DNA of 63,981 bases, filler included, from an uncultured bacterium (GTDB lineage Bacteria > Hinthialibacterota > Hinthialibacteria > Hinthialibacterales > Hinthialibacteraceae), in NCBI GenBank assembly GCA_964449065.1. It is 3 parts of 3 records of this genome, joined end to end, with 100 filler letters (N's around TTAATTAATTAA, not from the genome) between each part and the next. Parts side by side here need not be neighbours in the genome. Positions count along the whole stretch, not along the records: positions 24,601 to 49,063 come from CAYVAZ010000029.1; positions 49,164 to 63,981 come from CAYVAZ010000109.1; 1 more part is not named here. One strand, written 5' to 3'. Each line of letters opens with the position of its first letter. The first letter of the stretch is position 1. The translations under genes were made by a program, and so were the position numbers. A model generated the notes under the pieces. The model saw only the letters and a program-made list of their open reading frames with translations. It had not been told where the DNA came from and did no database searches. Of this stretch, positions 40,501 to 49,916 are shown one piece after another.

Positions 40501-41060
40501 CTGGTTTGTGCGACAACATAAAAATCTGGAAACTGATCCTGAAATATACTCAATTTGTGGCTGCCCCGTATGGGCGTAAACGTAACAAAAAAACGGCGGG
40601 GATTGGCGGGGTCTTGTTCAACTGTTGGCGCTCCAAACAAATCCAGTGGAGTATCGCTATTTTGATCGCCGATTTGAAAGTTGAACCCTCCCGGCTGAGC
40701 ACCGCTTTCTTTAAACAATGCCAAGCCGCTAGAAAGCGCGGAAGCCGTCAATGGAAGAAAATCTTCATCGATGCTTAACGTATCCCGCTCTACCGTCCGG
40801 TCTTCAATCGCGATGGTGAGAGACTCCAGCTCTTGAAAGCGGTTTGAAGGGAGAAAATTTCCTTGGGAAGCATTCACAAATGGAAAAACCGAGAGCGGAA
40901 AACTCAGCAATGGGGTCCGTTTTGACAAAGGAGCTATCCCTAAAGGAATGACCTCATCATCTTGAGATTGGGTTTTCATCGGATGGACAACATTTAATAC
41001 CAACAATGCTGCTGCCAAAATGAACATTACAAACGGTGATTTTCGGCTGATAATTTTCAT
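34590..41060 (-). CDS. Very large secreted acidic protein with DxDGDG Ca-binding-like repeats
   Basis: GAGGAG RBS before ATG 41060; signal peptide; GNGIDDDGDGLTDE/DDDGDGLIDED; Gly linker; propeller-like and NTF2-like segments. Confidence 0.85.
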   Translation of the reverse strand: MKIISRKSPFVMFILAAALLVLNVVHPMKTQSQDDEVIPLGIAPLSKRTPLLSFPLSVFPFVNASQGNFLPSNRFQELESLTIAIEDRTVERDTLSIDEDFLPLTASALSSGLALFKESGAQPGGFNFQIGDQNSDTPLDLFGAPTVEQDPANPRRFFVTFTPIRGSHKLSIFQDQFPDFYVVAQTSLNILHGDRFEVSIPANGITIRDISNPLPDNTLYDDRFPGEAFRSLNPDFAEPALFEGDLFELFSIVNENDNTTRVDASSEPKTIIGLESVGREDQGYFLKELRINFIGLNLGQIARLMANRSQAEYAGAQFAGLLAAAQSGQLSQLNLFPSFFYSPWFYNFPTNPETGELLTSTIETPDGPIEFPMTAPLDPSGFPLPAFLLGMDNLDAHVTGFTPFGPRLPNIGVDALTPRTIGPDILQTLSSNNAGGIFLYRELGGTPNQFDAGVDQILELDSNQFRVETFGINPDDVNTPGSPISRIVKRLIPGTLNEGANDTVSFLFQDTNLAADLLGVTALPDAVDGLRAPYGTLACYEDPDCFFFDLMINVLRPYLGLTEGQIRYLAEFTEENGITNMEELFGFPIVQGFTYILPIGQENALSDISIPASRTGDFAGPDIFVAIQTSDRLRALDSFVPFIDPRDIVVGTNVTEFTQGNVDGVTEFDSVSSLGVGRPNTDRTFAMIGRPNPRFQFEDLTQPGATPREANRNNILFDSSLSSPPKGVIGINAIDFGQNPNRVQNFEGISPDNFDVFFTESSVFREIQVEFLPTQSSPVFDPLIFNAIPVQLFVDLPFNRIITQHSVAIYQEDDTPPGNGIDDDGDGLTDEEDYNLVDDDGDGLIDEDLGDGTPAGDNSLFDVFDTFLPSSGDRFGSPAGFQASTYVWPPNDQDKYQEFIEAIEPDNQPFTLVDGGLLPLNLSEGSWFSELDLTALNFDQYQLSRFSIFPSEFSRIGITPAAAPEFDPPLLNQGTFTGLQPYNGLLDLFKALGLPDLIPDDLVVTHPATGEELFLLTLIQDDANQITRLEDPDGDERRTILLSLAAALRFPDPRTGFVRVGTTPLIVDVNGPNGQNPEGDNLDADDGVYQNGFFVEVADDEAIGNYLEQIADALADAIENAADLQADFEEQIADIEDDAASQDPPEEPDFADLELPEPVELSFDSPYEALGLNDFLEANNGLFDTNYQYQVQIPDENFGPLAGNDFYVVLRAGDAAQTGDAFRVRIRSGQRNRQLIVTDPTDNTQQIVDAPNGGIGYQSFIKTDFDVGSTAFPNVSKNQITTGPILVRSANVPPQISFLSPGAQQNVASEDFTFEVIFQANDPDNVATVRLFVDTDNQNFDGTFIPGAQLREGFENSFTVDMREDIPDFDPTQSFFIYAEINDGVNAPVFVYADGPIRALPSGGDGPGGGTGDDASNNGTTVVEGDLENVVDYVKLTDDGRIFTLGDGPGFNNVSVVTRSTDMEKTDNNSGAVILQDDGNILGSGDIASFQRRIQPNGEIAFNADEKAFLRNAVSGSELIESPTPGQISIEFARDVEVDFVNGAIYILDGDGDMLYLGNANTDLRPPAVDIDLYRDMELSPDGSTLYFLTGNGMFSTAGPNQVGEWNNLIAEDKYRDLELLVSGNSVSDIMIVDDDGRLASVAGSSRASAIADQAQSLTFPAGAVRQIKSFTNKPNSLLFLEGSGEVSIASDTDEPLPGDGFIFAENPGIDNDAVVDIETMNVNLQTVVEIVRDILKAIEDENVAGVMKYVAPDYKDDHGNTSAGLRRALTTFFDYYEMENYAVSSTVQNAFTISSIGDTVQANVVIDFSAFVPDIEFFSVDVEVGTQTPELFATFFANDFAFDQSIRLREVSDGRSWNVELWQITEFGRNIDELIDTDDLEFEDITFLTRQTGNRRLGFYQPRSRFIDEPKNFFINIDENNPLTSTGLMAIFREGALARDIAPPIMEFVNFFGNRTSANPLGNAQMEFTPNEDGTPQLNSMFLNLMIEENADIDLGLGDDADEPEPPISSLDGQTSSNPIGFSFKDRGPVLSLFPGEADVVLSNGELVATSPKGAVMMLPENTDIFAVNPQQLIAQFSRTTVRVNPFDPNAGQLNFPGFGATAEQGRSYLVINRDGETFGLLRLPEFTALDQGDADTIFFMDYRFEDSFVLPPNF

Positions 41061-41526
41061 ACCACTCCTCACAAATAATCCGTAACTTTGTATTTCGTTT
41101 AATCTTACTCTTGAATTCAGTTTAACACACATGTATCACACAATGATAGAGAGGATAGCATAATAGTGCCTCAGCGCTTTGAATCAAAGGCCTTGCATTC
41201 AATCTAAGGGCAAAGAATACAAAAATGCTTTGATCAAAACACAACATATCCAATTTCAAGATTAACAACGACCTTTTATCTGATCGTAAATATATATTGT
41301 AGTATGTTTCAGTGTCAAGTAACTCCCAACATTCCCCAAAATCCCTTATCGCGTTTTATTTCATTGTCTACACACATTGGCTGAATTTTTAGAGCCACCC
41401 GCTTGGGCAATTAATTCTAAATTGAAATATTCCAATTGGTTACGTTTATGCTATACTCGATCAAAATACAATTGAAATGTTCATTCCAGGTTTTTAATCA
41501 TTTCTCATACTTAGAATTGGGCCATC

Positions 41527-42261
41527 ATGCAAAACAAATGGATGCTATCCATACTTCTAGTTACCGTCTTTCTGATAGTCAACTGTGCACAAAGCGGCAA
41601 GCGGTTGGATGAAATGGATCAAAAAATTCAACAGCTTAACCTAAAACTGGATACGTTAAGCAAACATAAAAGCAGCCAAATCGAACGGAGACAGGAATTA
41701 GTAGGGCTAATCCAAAACGAATTGGAACCCAGGGACAAGATTACGCCAACCCCCACCCCGCCTGGCAAACTCAACCAACCCAACCCTTCACCAACACCAA
41801 TCGTATCCGATTCTTCTCTGATTCAATCGGTCCCGATAGATAATGCGGGCGATGACAACGGAAGGACCGATCAAGACAATTCTTTCCAACAATCTTTCCA
41901 ACAAGCCCAGGAACTCTATGAAAAAAATAATTATGCAAACGCCGCTTACCGGTTCTATGAAGTATATTTGAACGCGAATGAAAACAATCCTTTAAAAGAA
42001 TCAGGACTCTATAAAGCGGGAGAAAGTTTTTATTTGAGCGAAGATTGGAACCAGACAATTGACACCCATTTCCGGCTGTTTCGGGAATTCCCCCAATCCG
42101 AACACATCCCGCAGGCTCTTTTGCAGGTTGGCAAAAGTTATGAAGCATTACAGCAGGCCCCAAATGCCAAGGCGGTTTACCGGCATTTGCTCGAACATTA
42201 CCCTGACTCCACCGAAGCCCAAATAATACAAGAAAATTCACGGCTTGAAGAAAGTCAATAA
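41527..42261 (+). CDS. CpoB/YbgF-like TPR lipoprotein
   Basis: Lipoprotein signal, coiled coil, FPQSEHIPQALLQVG...YPDSTEA. Confidence 0.75.
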   Translation: MQNKWMLSILLVTVFLIVNCAQSGKRLDEMDQKIQQLNLKLDTLSKHKSSQIERRQELVGLIQNELEPRDKITPTPTPPGKLNQPNPSPTPIVSDSSLIQSVPIDNAGDDNGRTDQDNSFQQSFQQAQELYEKNNYANAAYRFYEVYLNANENNPLKESGLYKAGESFYLSEDWNQTIDTHFRLFREFPQSEHIPQALLQVGKSYEALQQAPNAKAVYRHLLEHYPDSTEAQIIQENSRLEESQ

Positions 42262-43308
42262 TTGTGATGTATGAGCATAAAGCTTCTTGATTTTCTCATC
42301 ATATTGCGGATGGTGTATCCGCTGGTAATGCTCATCACAATAAGCCCACGGCTTCTCAGAATCAATCATAAATCGATTAAACAAATCTTGATCGCTAATT
42401 TGACGCCTGCTTTGAACCCATTCCCGCTTATTTCGCCAAATCGCAATCCCTCTCCAAAACTCATTTACCCCGTTGAGTGTATAAAACCCATCGGGTAAAT
42501 ATGAGAGCCCCACATCAACACCGCTGTACGCTTGCGAACGATAGAGAATCTCTTGCATGGCCGCGGGAAAAATCACACTCAAAGAATCTGCATCCAAATT
42601 TTTATATAATGTTGCAAGTGAATTCCGCTCCAAAAAAACCGCTTTTCTCGCGTAATCTTCTTGTTTAAGCGAGTCATGCCCTTTGTGATACACAACCGAT
42701 TCCGGCGCGATATACACTTCATGTCCCAGCAGCCGCAACCGCCAGCCTAAATCGATATCCTCATAAATCATAAAAAAGTCATCGTCAAAGCCGCCGCATT
42801 CCAAAAAAACCTCCCGCTTGATCATCATGGCGCCGCCGCATGAAAACAACGATGGATAAGGAGATTCCGATTCAATCTCTTCTTCTTCAAACCCTTTCCC
42901 AAACCAGTTTACGCTTCCCTTGGCGAATTGAATCCGCTTCCCATCCCAATCCTTAAGAATAGACCCAATACAGGCCGCGTCCGTGCATTCCGCAGTTTGC
43001 AGGAGCTGAATCAACCACTGTTCATCAACCTTCATATCGTTGTTGAGAAAACAAAGCCATTCCGCTTCAAACGCGTTGACCGCCTGGTTTAAAGCCGGGG
43101 CAAATCCTCTGTTTTCCGGCAATGAATAAATGGTCACATTTGGATAGTTGGTTTGAACATATTCCACCGACCCATCGCTGCAGGCATTATCAACCAACAC
43201 CACCCGAACCGGGCCATCCGGCTTGTCCATCTCTTGCAACGACTGCAAGAGCGGCGGCAGCAAAAGGGGGTTTTTATGATGGGGAATGAAAATGCAGACG
43301 CGGTTCAT
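42238..43308 (-). CDS. GT2 glycosyltransferase
   Basis: VDNACSDGS, NRGFA, FLNND, FFMIYEDIDLGWR. Confidence 0.92.
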   Translation of the reverse strand: MNRVCIFIPHHKNPLLLPPLLQSLQEMDKPDGPVRVVLVDNACSDGSVEYVQTNYPNVTIYSLPENRGFAPALNQAVNAFEAEWLCFLNNDMKVDEQWLIQLLQTAECTDAACIGSILKDWDGKRIQFAKGSVNWFGKGFEEEEIESESPYPSLFSCGGAMMIKREVFLECGGFDDDFFMIYEDIDLGWRLRLLGHEVYIAPESVVYHKGHDSLKQEDYARKAVFLERNSLATLYKNLDADSLSVIFPAAMQEILYRSQAYSGVDVGLSYLPDGFYTLNGVNEFWRGIAIWRNKREWVQSRRQISDQDLFNRFMIDSEKPWAYCDEHYQRIHHPQYDEKIKKLYAHTSQLLTFFKP

Positions 43309-43353
43309 TGCGTTTCCAATTTGGAAGAGATTCTATTGATCAATAACTGCTGT

Positions 43354-43412
43354 TGTGGTGCAGGCTTCCAGCCTGCTACTAAATACTGATCAGGTAAGAT
43401 GCCTGAACTACA
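43354..43412 (+). repeat. REP-like inverted pair (family A relative)
   Basis: TGTGGTGCAGGCTTCCAGCCTG...CAGGTAAGATGCCTGAACTACA. Confidence 0.6.
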
Positions 43413-43481
43413 ATATTCGTCATCGTGTTATTGTCCATTTTACTTTTTGCGGGGGTATTATAACAGACTGAACCACTCTTA

Positions 43482-44921
43482 TTACCGCCCTAAAAGACGG
43501 TCTAACCAATGCTTTCCTTGCGGGCGGATCTTCGCTACCGGTTTCATCGGTCTGGGAAGTTGAACATGCTTTTGCATGGAACCGTTTTGAAACGCCCAAT
43601 CATTAAGAATTTGATCAATATGGCTCAGCGCTTGGTGATTTTGATGAAGCCGTTCGGCATTGTCGCCGGACTTGGCGGGATCTTTCACCCAACTTAGCAA
43701 GGGTGTAACCGACTCTTCAAAGGTAAAATAGTTATATACAAACCGGCGCGCTTTCCCACCCAACTTTTTCAGCTTCACCGGATACCTAGCCGCATCCAAA
43801 ATCGCTTTCGATACCGCTTTGCAGTCTCCTACCGGAACACAATATCCCAATTCATGCTGATGTATAATTTGAGACAGTTCCGTGCTGACGGTCGTGAGAG
43901 TTGGCAAAGCACACTGCATCCAAAATAAAATACGGTTGCGGCTGCCCAAAAACGATTCATAAACAGGAAGATCAACGTTCAGGCCTAAATCGCATTCCTG
44001 CGTCACCGCGGCAACCTCTTCGTTCGAAATCCATCCCAACAAATGAAAACGCGATTCATAAGGGCTTTTCCCAATCAGTGTTTGAAAGCGTTTGAACCCA
44101 TCTTCATGGTGCCCTTGTATTTTCCCGCCAGTCACAATGCAATGAATACGCCGGTTCTTTTCCATTGCTCCTTCAATACCATAAAATAAAGTATCAACAT
44201 CCGTCCAGGTATTAAAGCCGCCGCTGCACAGCAGCAAAAAATCCGTTGCATTGTGTTTTTTTCCCCGCAGCAAATTTCGTTTCAATACCGGAGAAACATT
44301 GCCGTCCACCGCGCACGGAATGGTATGCACCAACTCCTCACCCAGCGTGTATTGATTCAAGCGGCCGATGAACCCCAACTGCCCCACGGCGGCACCCTTT
44401 TGTGGGTCGGAAACCACCGAAAACCGGTCGCCCCGAAGCAATACACGGGTAATAATCTGATGAAAAAAGTCAAATTGGTCTTGGGTATTCATAAACGGCG
44501 TCTTGGCTTGTACTTCCGCAAACAAATCACCAAACATATCCATCCAAATCGGCAAATCCGTTCGCAAAGACGCGGCAAGATTGGTCGCGATGGTCGAACC
44601 GGCAGTAATTATTGCATGGGGTTGATGGGTACGAATTACCTCTTCTAAGCGGGTCAATAAAATGTTGCTGTTCCGCGGAGACGGTTCCGGCAGGGTGATG
44701 TGTTCCAATTCGCCAAAGGAAGACAGGTCTTGCTGATAGCGGATTTGCTTTAAATCGCTCTCTTTTTGAATCCCGAATTCACACGTAACCAAAGTCAGGT
44801 TATGGCCGGCTGCCAACAAGGGCAATGCAAATTGCCATGTCCGGATGCCGAATCCATACAATTGATCGGAATCATAAAACGGCAGCGGACCGACACCGAT
44901 GAGTAAGATGTTTTGCTTCAT
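43482..44921 (-). CDS. GT4-like glycosyltransferase
   Basis: GGFNTWTDVDTL, LGWISNEE, SRNRILFWMQCALP, VGDCKAV. Confidence 0.75.
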   Translation of the reverse strand: MKQNILLIGVGPLPFYDSDQLYGFGIRTWQFALPLLAAGHNLTLVTCEFGIQKESDLKQIRYQQDLSSFGELEHITLPEPSPRNSNILLTRLEEVIRTHQPHAIITAGSTIATNLAASLRTDLPIWMDMFGDLFAEVQAKTPFMNTQDQFDFFHQIITRVLLRGDRFSVVSDPQKGAAVGQLGFIGRLNQYTLGEELVHTIPCAVDGNVSPVLKRNLLRGKKHNATDFLLLCSGGFNTWTDVDTLFYGIEGAMEKNRRIHCIVTGGKIQGHHEDGFKRFQTLIGKSPYESRFHLLGWISNEEVAAVTQECDLGLNVDLPVYESFLGSRNRILFWMQCALPTLTTVSTELSQIIHQHELGYCVPVGDCKAVSKAILDAARYPVKLKKLGGKARRFVYNYFTFEESVTPLLSWVKDPAKSGDNAERLHQNHQALSHIDQILNDWAFQNGSMQKHVQLPRPMKPVAKIRPQGKHWLDRLLGR

Positions 44922-45043
44922 ACCCTCAACCTATTCGTTTCAACCCTCAAGAGTATTGATGACCATTTCAACAATACCAATTCTCATGATACTATAATAC
45001 TGTTTTGCAAAAACAAGTACAACATGAATATTCAGGAACGATC

Positions 45044-46087
45044 ATGCAAGAACAACGCATCCCGTCAACAATTCAATCCGTAGAGCAATTGGAAGACCTC
45101 TTATCCACCCCCTCACCCGGTGTCATAGAAGCCGCAAAACAAGTCGAAGGCGATGTCATGCTGCTGGGAATCGGCGGTAAAATGGGTCCCACCCTGGGCA
45201 GACAACTCAAAAAAGCCTTTGAGAAGTGCGGCAAGAAAAACCGCGTGACCGGAGTGTCCCGTTTTTCGGATCAAGAACTGAAGCAACGCTTAGAGAGCTG
45301 GGGCATCGAAACCCTCTCCTGTGATTTGTTGGATCGGGCCGCTCTCGAAGCCTTACCGGACGCTCAGCATATCATCCATCTGGCCGCACAAAAGTTCGGT
45401 TCAACCGGAAACGAAGAACGCACCTGGGCCATGAATGTATATTTACCCGGTATGGTCGCGGAACGCTTTCACAACGCCAATATCGTTTCGCTCTCCACCG
45501 GGAATGTATACCCGTTGGTACCGGTTCACAGTGGAGGATCAATCGAAACCGATCCAATCAACCCCATCGGAGAATACGCGCAATCGTGTGTCGGCAGAGA
45601 ACGGATGTTTAAATTTATCTCCAAACAAAACGGAACGAACGTTTCGATGATTCGGCTCAATTATGCTGTGGAATTGCGCTATGGAATTTTGCTGGATACC
45701 GCGTTTAAAGTGTGGCAGGAAACCCCTATTGAATTAGGCATGGGCAATGTAAACGTATTATGGCAGGGGGATGCAAATGCTTATATTATACAATCTCTCA
45801 TTCATACATCCTCCCCGCCAAACATCATTAACATTACCGGGCCGGAAACGGTTTCCATCCGTTGGCTGGCCAATCAGTTCGGTGACATTTTTGGAAAACC
45901 ACCTATATTTATGGGAGAAGAGGCCCCAACCGCGCTTCTGAATAACGCGGCAAAGGCGTTCCACTTGTTTGGGTATCCAAGAGTTCCTTTAGAAGCCATT
46001 ATTCAATGGACTGCCTATTGGATACAAAACGATTTACCTGTTTTAAACAAGCCTACTCACTTCGAGCAGCGGGATGGAAAATTTTAA
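45044..46087 (+). CDS. NAD-dependent epimerase/dehydratase
   Basis: LGIGGKMGPTL, STGNVY, GEYAQSCVGRER, RLNYAVELRYG. Confidence 0.88.
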   Translation: MQEQRIPSTIQSVEQLEDLLSTPSPGVIEAAKQVEGDVMLLGIGGKMGPTLGRQLKKAFEKCGKKNRVTGVSRFSDQELKQRLESWGIETLSCDLLDRAALEALPDAQHIIHLAAQKFGSTGNEERTWAMNVYLPGMVAERFHNANIVSLSTGNVYPLVPVHSGGSIETDPINPIGEYAQSCVGRERMFKFISKQNGTNVSMIRLNYAVELRYGILLDTAFKVWQETPIELGMGNVNVLWQGDANAYIIQSLIHTSSPPNIINITGPETVSIRWLANQFGDIFGKPPIFMGEEAPTALLNNAAKAFHLFGYPRVPLEAIIQWTAYWIQNDLPVLNKPTHFEQRDGKF

Positions 46088-46187
46088 CGATGTAACAAAT
46101 TTTTACTTGACCATCTCAAAAGTATCATTAAGATTTGCTTGATGCGGTTGAGGGGATATTATGGTCGATTGATGTGTACGGAATGTT

Positions 46188-46622
46188 ATGCAAACACCGC
46201 ACAAATTTCGCTTCAAAAGCAAAATAGAAAATATCAGCCCAATCCAGAAAGAAATCCTGGATTTGGCCGGCGATTTAGGGTTCGAAGAAGATGCCCTGTT
46301 TTGTCTTCGTTTGGCATTGGATGAAGCAATGGCCAATGCCATCATGCACGGCAATAAATTTGATGAAACCAAAGACGTGAACGTCCAAGTTACCACACAA
46401 CCGGATGAAATCGTAGTGGCAGTATGCGATGAAGGCTGTGGCTTTGATCAATCCTGCTTAAAAGATCCCACGCAAGGCGAAAACATTCAAAAACCGAACG
46501 GGCGGGGAATCTTTTTAATCCGCGAATTCACAAAAGACGTTCGGTTTAATGAAAAAGGCAATCAAATTACCTTCACCATCCATCGCACGACCCGCTACTC
46601 TATGTTACAATCTAAGGAATAA
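46188..46622 (+). CDS. RsbW-like anti-sigma/Ser kinase (HATPase_c_2)
   Basis: EAMANAIMHGN, DEGCGFD, GRGIFLI. Confidence 0.9.
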   Translation: MQTPHKFRFKSKIENISPIQKEILDLAGDLGFEEDALFCLRLALDEAMANAIMHGNKFDETKDVNVQVTTQPDEIVVAVCDEGCGFDQSCLKDPTQGENIQKPNGRGIFLIREFTKDVRFNEKGNQITFTIHRTTRYSMLQSKE

Positions 46623-46645
46623 ACTCCAAAACGGAAAAGGTTACT

Positions 46646-47710
46646 ATGAAAGCAATTATCCCATGCGCCGGGCGCGGCAAGCGTCTGCATCCGTTAACGT
46701 TCACCAACGCCAAACCGGTGATTCCCATAGCAAATAAACCCTTGGTATTATACGCCATCGAAGCCATCAAACAGGTCGGCATCACTGAAATCGGCCTGGT
46801 TGTCGGCGACAACGGCAACGATCTAAAAAACGTCCTCGGCGACGGCTCCGATTACGGCGTTAAACTTGAATACATATTTCAAGAAAAACCACTCGGCATC
46901 GCCCACACTATTAAAGTCTCGCAAGACTTTTTGGGAGACGAATCCTTTTTGATGTATTTGGGCGACAACTTGCTGCAAGACACGCTGGAAGGCCCGGTTG
47001 AGAAGTTCACCAATAACAAATGCAACAGCGTGATCGTATTGTGCGAAACCGAAAAGCCCGAATTGTTCGGCATCGCATTAATTGAAAACAACCGCGTCGT
47101 AAAACTGATCGAAAAGCCCAAAGATTCACCTTCCAACTTAGCGGCCATCGGCATTTATCTCTTTGATAAAACCGTCCACGATATCATTAAAAACCAAAAA
47201 CCTTCCGGCAGAGGCGAACTCGAAATCACCGATGCCATTCAGGGGTTAATCGATAATGGCGCACGGGTAGAGCACCACACCATCACCGGTTGGTGGATCG
47301 ATGCCGGAAACCCGGACGATATGATCGAAACCAACCGCTTGGTTTTGCAAGACCTTAAAGGAACCATTGAAGGCGAAGTGGATGAAGACTCTAGCGTGAA
47401 AGGTAACGTCATCATCGGCAAAGGCTCCAAGATTGAAAAAAGCACCATTCGCGGCCCGGTGATCATCGGCGAAAACTGCATCATTCGTAATTCCTTTGTC
47501 GGCAGTTTTACCTCCATCGGCTCTGATTCCATTTTGGATGACTGCGAAGTGGAATACAGCGTCATCATGGAAGAATGCGAAATCAAAAACATCAAAGGGC
47601 GCATCGACCACAGCATCCTGGGCCGCAAAGTGATCGTCGGCAGCACGGAACGCCGCCCGCATTCCTACAAACTCGTCCTCTCCGACGAAAGCATGGCGGA
47701 TTTGATATGA
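46646..47710 (+). CDS. rfbA: Glucose-1-phosphate thymidylyltransferase (long form)
   Basis: AGRGKRLHPLT, YLGDN, EKP, SGRGELEITDAI, hexapeptide repeats. Confidence 0.92.
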   Translation: MKAIIPCAGRGKRLHPLTFTNAKPVIPIANKPLVLYAIEAIKQVGITEIGLVVGDNGNDLKNVLGDGSDYGVKLEYIFQEKPLGIAHTIKVSQDFLGDESFLMYLGDNLLQDTLEGPVEKFTNNKCNSVIVLCETEKPELFGIALIENNRVVKLIEKPKDSPSNLAAIGIYLFDKTVHDIIKNQKPSGRGELEITDAIQGLIDNGARVEHHTITGWWIDAGNPDDMIETNRLVLQDLKGTIEGEVDEDSSVKGNVIIGKGSKIEKSTIRGPVIIGENCIIRNSFVGSFTSIGSDSILDDCEVEYSVIMEECEIKNIKGRIDHSILGRKVIVGSTERRPHSYKLVLSDESMADLI

Positions 47711-47711
47711 A

Positions 47712-48029
47712 TTACCGGGCGCAGTGAATGCAGTATGGACTCTCCGGCACCACCAGCAACCGCTCAATCGCAATGGGCTGTTTGCAGACCGTGCAAATCC
47801 CGAAATCGGCATCATCCACTTTGGATAGTACATACCTTAAATCGTTTAACCGCTGTTCCGCCTGACGCAACCCCGCTTCGGTCACACTTTTCGAACCGAT
47901 GGCATCCATGCGCGAAAGGCGGCCGATGGCAACATCCGGCTCGACCGGTTTGCTGGACTTTTTGTATGACTCGACATTCTTTTCGGTCTTCGCAATTTCA
48001 TCCAGAATAATTTGTTTGATATCGCTCAT
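47712..48029 (-). CDS. TraR/DksA C4-type zinc finger protein
   Basis: AIGRLSRMDA...FGICTVC...ERL...CIHC. Confidence 0.9.
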   Translation of the reverse strand: MSDIKQIILDEIAKTEKNVESYKKSSKPVEPDVAIGRLSRMDAIGSKSVTEAGLRQAEQRLNDLRYVLSKVDDADFGICTVCKQPIAIERLLVVPESPYCIHCAR

Positions 48030-48119
48030 ATAACACTCGCTTTTTTTTGGTTTTGTATTGCCAGAATTGTAATATTTTACTTTGAATGAAGCATTGAATA
48101 AATGCTGAACGGCCAAATT

Positions 48120-49063
48120 TTAGGATAATTCAATACCGGCAAGCTCTGCAATTTTTTTCGCCATAGACTTGAACACTTTGCGTGATTGCTGGGCCGCATT
48201 GTAATGTGCGCCTAAAGCTCCATCCGCAGGCTTTAAATGAAAAATGGGTTTTCCGGCTTCTTGGGATAAGGGGATCAGGCTTTTGTAATCTTTTACCAGG
48301 GCGATGCAATTGGGATCATCCTCCACTTTGCGTTCTTCTCCCGGCTGGCGAATCACATGCTTCCAATAGGTATTCGGAATTCTGGACACCCACTTTTGAT
48401 ACGATACGACAGGACGATTAAGCCGTTCGGCATGCTGCATAACAATATAACCTATCGGTTCCATTTGCCCATCAGGAAGCATCAACTCATGATCGGGATT
48501 TTTTTCAAGCCGTTCTTGCCATTTTTCCCGCCAGTCTTTTATGGCTGGGCCTAAATTTTGCAGTCCCTGAATGGAATATAGATCCGGTGCCAACGGTACC
48601 ACAATATAATCGGTAGAAATTAAAACCGACCGGTTTATAGCCCCTAAATTCGGCCCAATATCTACAAGGATCATATCCGCTTGCTTCATGTCTGCCGCAC
48701 GCTGCAAAATTCTCCAAAACGCTGCTGTAATTCGAAAGGCGCGTTCTTCTCCATCCGAACATTTAGGCCAAACCTCCGATAAACTATCTTCAAACTCGGT
48801 TAAGGCTAAATCGCCGGGCAACAAATACAACGTTTCATTTATCTCTTCTAAATACGGGTCGGCAATATCTCCGGTACCTTTTTTGAGAGGAAGAATGCTT
48901 CCAAATATGGTGTTTCTCTCTTTCTGTCCTGTCCATAATTCCTCCAATCGATCTTCCGTTAAAAAAGCAGCCGTAAGGTTTGCTTGAGGGTCTAAATCGG
49001 CAACGATGACTTTTTTTTCTAGATCGGAAAACATCCACGCGGCATGATACACGAGTGAGGTTT
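48120..49063 (-). CDS. ParA-family ATPase (5' truncated by contig end)
   Basis: TSLVYH (end of Walker A), DLDPQANLT, DIGPNLGAINRS, PLAPDLYS. Confidence 0.88.
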
Positions 49064-49163
49064 NNNNNNNNNNNNNNNNNNNNNNNNNNNNNNNNNNNNN
49101 NNNNNNNTTAATTAATTAANNNNNNNNNNNNNNNNNNNNNNNNNNNNNNNNNNNNNNNNNNNN
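49064..49163. other. Artificial contig joint (N-TTAATTAATTAA-N)
   Basis: Linker at 49108-49119. Confidence 0.97.
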
Positions 49164-49184
49164 TAGAGGTTTATTCCTCCCGAA

Positions 49185-49218
49185 CCCTCACCCCGTCCCT
49201 CTTCCGGTGGGCGAGGGC
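49185..49218 (+). repeat. CCCTC-type REP-like palindrome
   Basis: CCCTCACCCCGTCCCTCTTCCGGTGGGCGAGGG. Confidence 0.55.
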
Positions 49219-49292
49219 AATAGATTCAGCGAACGATGAGAAAAACGGGCATATCATAATGTAGTGCGTAACGTGAGATAATAAGGAATGAT

Positions 49293-49910
49293 ATGCATAA
49301 AACTCTTAGCCAAATATTGTTAAAAGGATTAACCATTGTCTTGCCGGTTGCGGTTGCTGTGTATGTGCTTTGCTGGTTGATCTACAGCGCGGAAAGCGGA
49401 GTTAAGACTCTGCTTACTCAGATTATGCCAAGCCGGTTTTATATGCCGGGCATGGGATTGGTGATTGTTGCCGGAATTGTGTTTGTTGTCGGCTTATTGA
49501 TGTATCCCTGGTTGACGCGAACCATCATCTCCTATTTGGATTCGCTGATGCGCAAGATTCCACTGTTCGGTACGGTTTATTCTCCGGTGAAGGATTTAAT
49601 GGAATTGCTGGGGTCGGATATGAACCAGCAGTTGGGGCGTCCGGTGATGTTCCGCGTCCCCAATACGGAAATGGACACGCTAGGCTTTGTGACGCGCGAA
49701 GATGCCAGCGGTTTGCCGGACGGCTTTTTGCTGGAGGGGATGTCGGGTGATGATCTGGTGGTGGTCTATGTGCAGTGGAGTTCGCAGATCGGCGGGTATT
49801 GCTTTTTGGTGCCGAAAAGCTGCATACGGGATTTGGATATGACTGTGGAAGAAGGCATGCGCTGGGCGCTGACCGGTGGGCTGTCCGCGCCATCCCCCAA
49901 GAAACTGTAA
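49293..49910 (+). CDS. DUF502 membrane protein
   Basis: GLTIVLP, KIPLFGTVYS, LGFVT, MTVEEGMR. Confidence 0.85.
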   Translation: MHKTLSQILLKGLTIVLPVAVAVYVLCWLIYSAESGVKTLLTQIMPSRFYMPGMGLVIVAGIVFVVGLLMYPWLTRTIISYLDSLMRKIPLFGTVYSPVKDLMELLGSDMNQQLGRPVMFRVPNTEMDTLGFVTREDASGLPDGFLLEGMSGDDLVVVYVQWSSQIGGYCFLVPKSCIRDLDMTVEEGMRWALTGGLSAPSPKKL

Positions 49911-49916
49911 ACAGGT

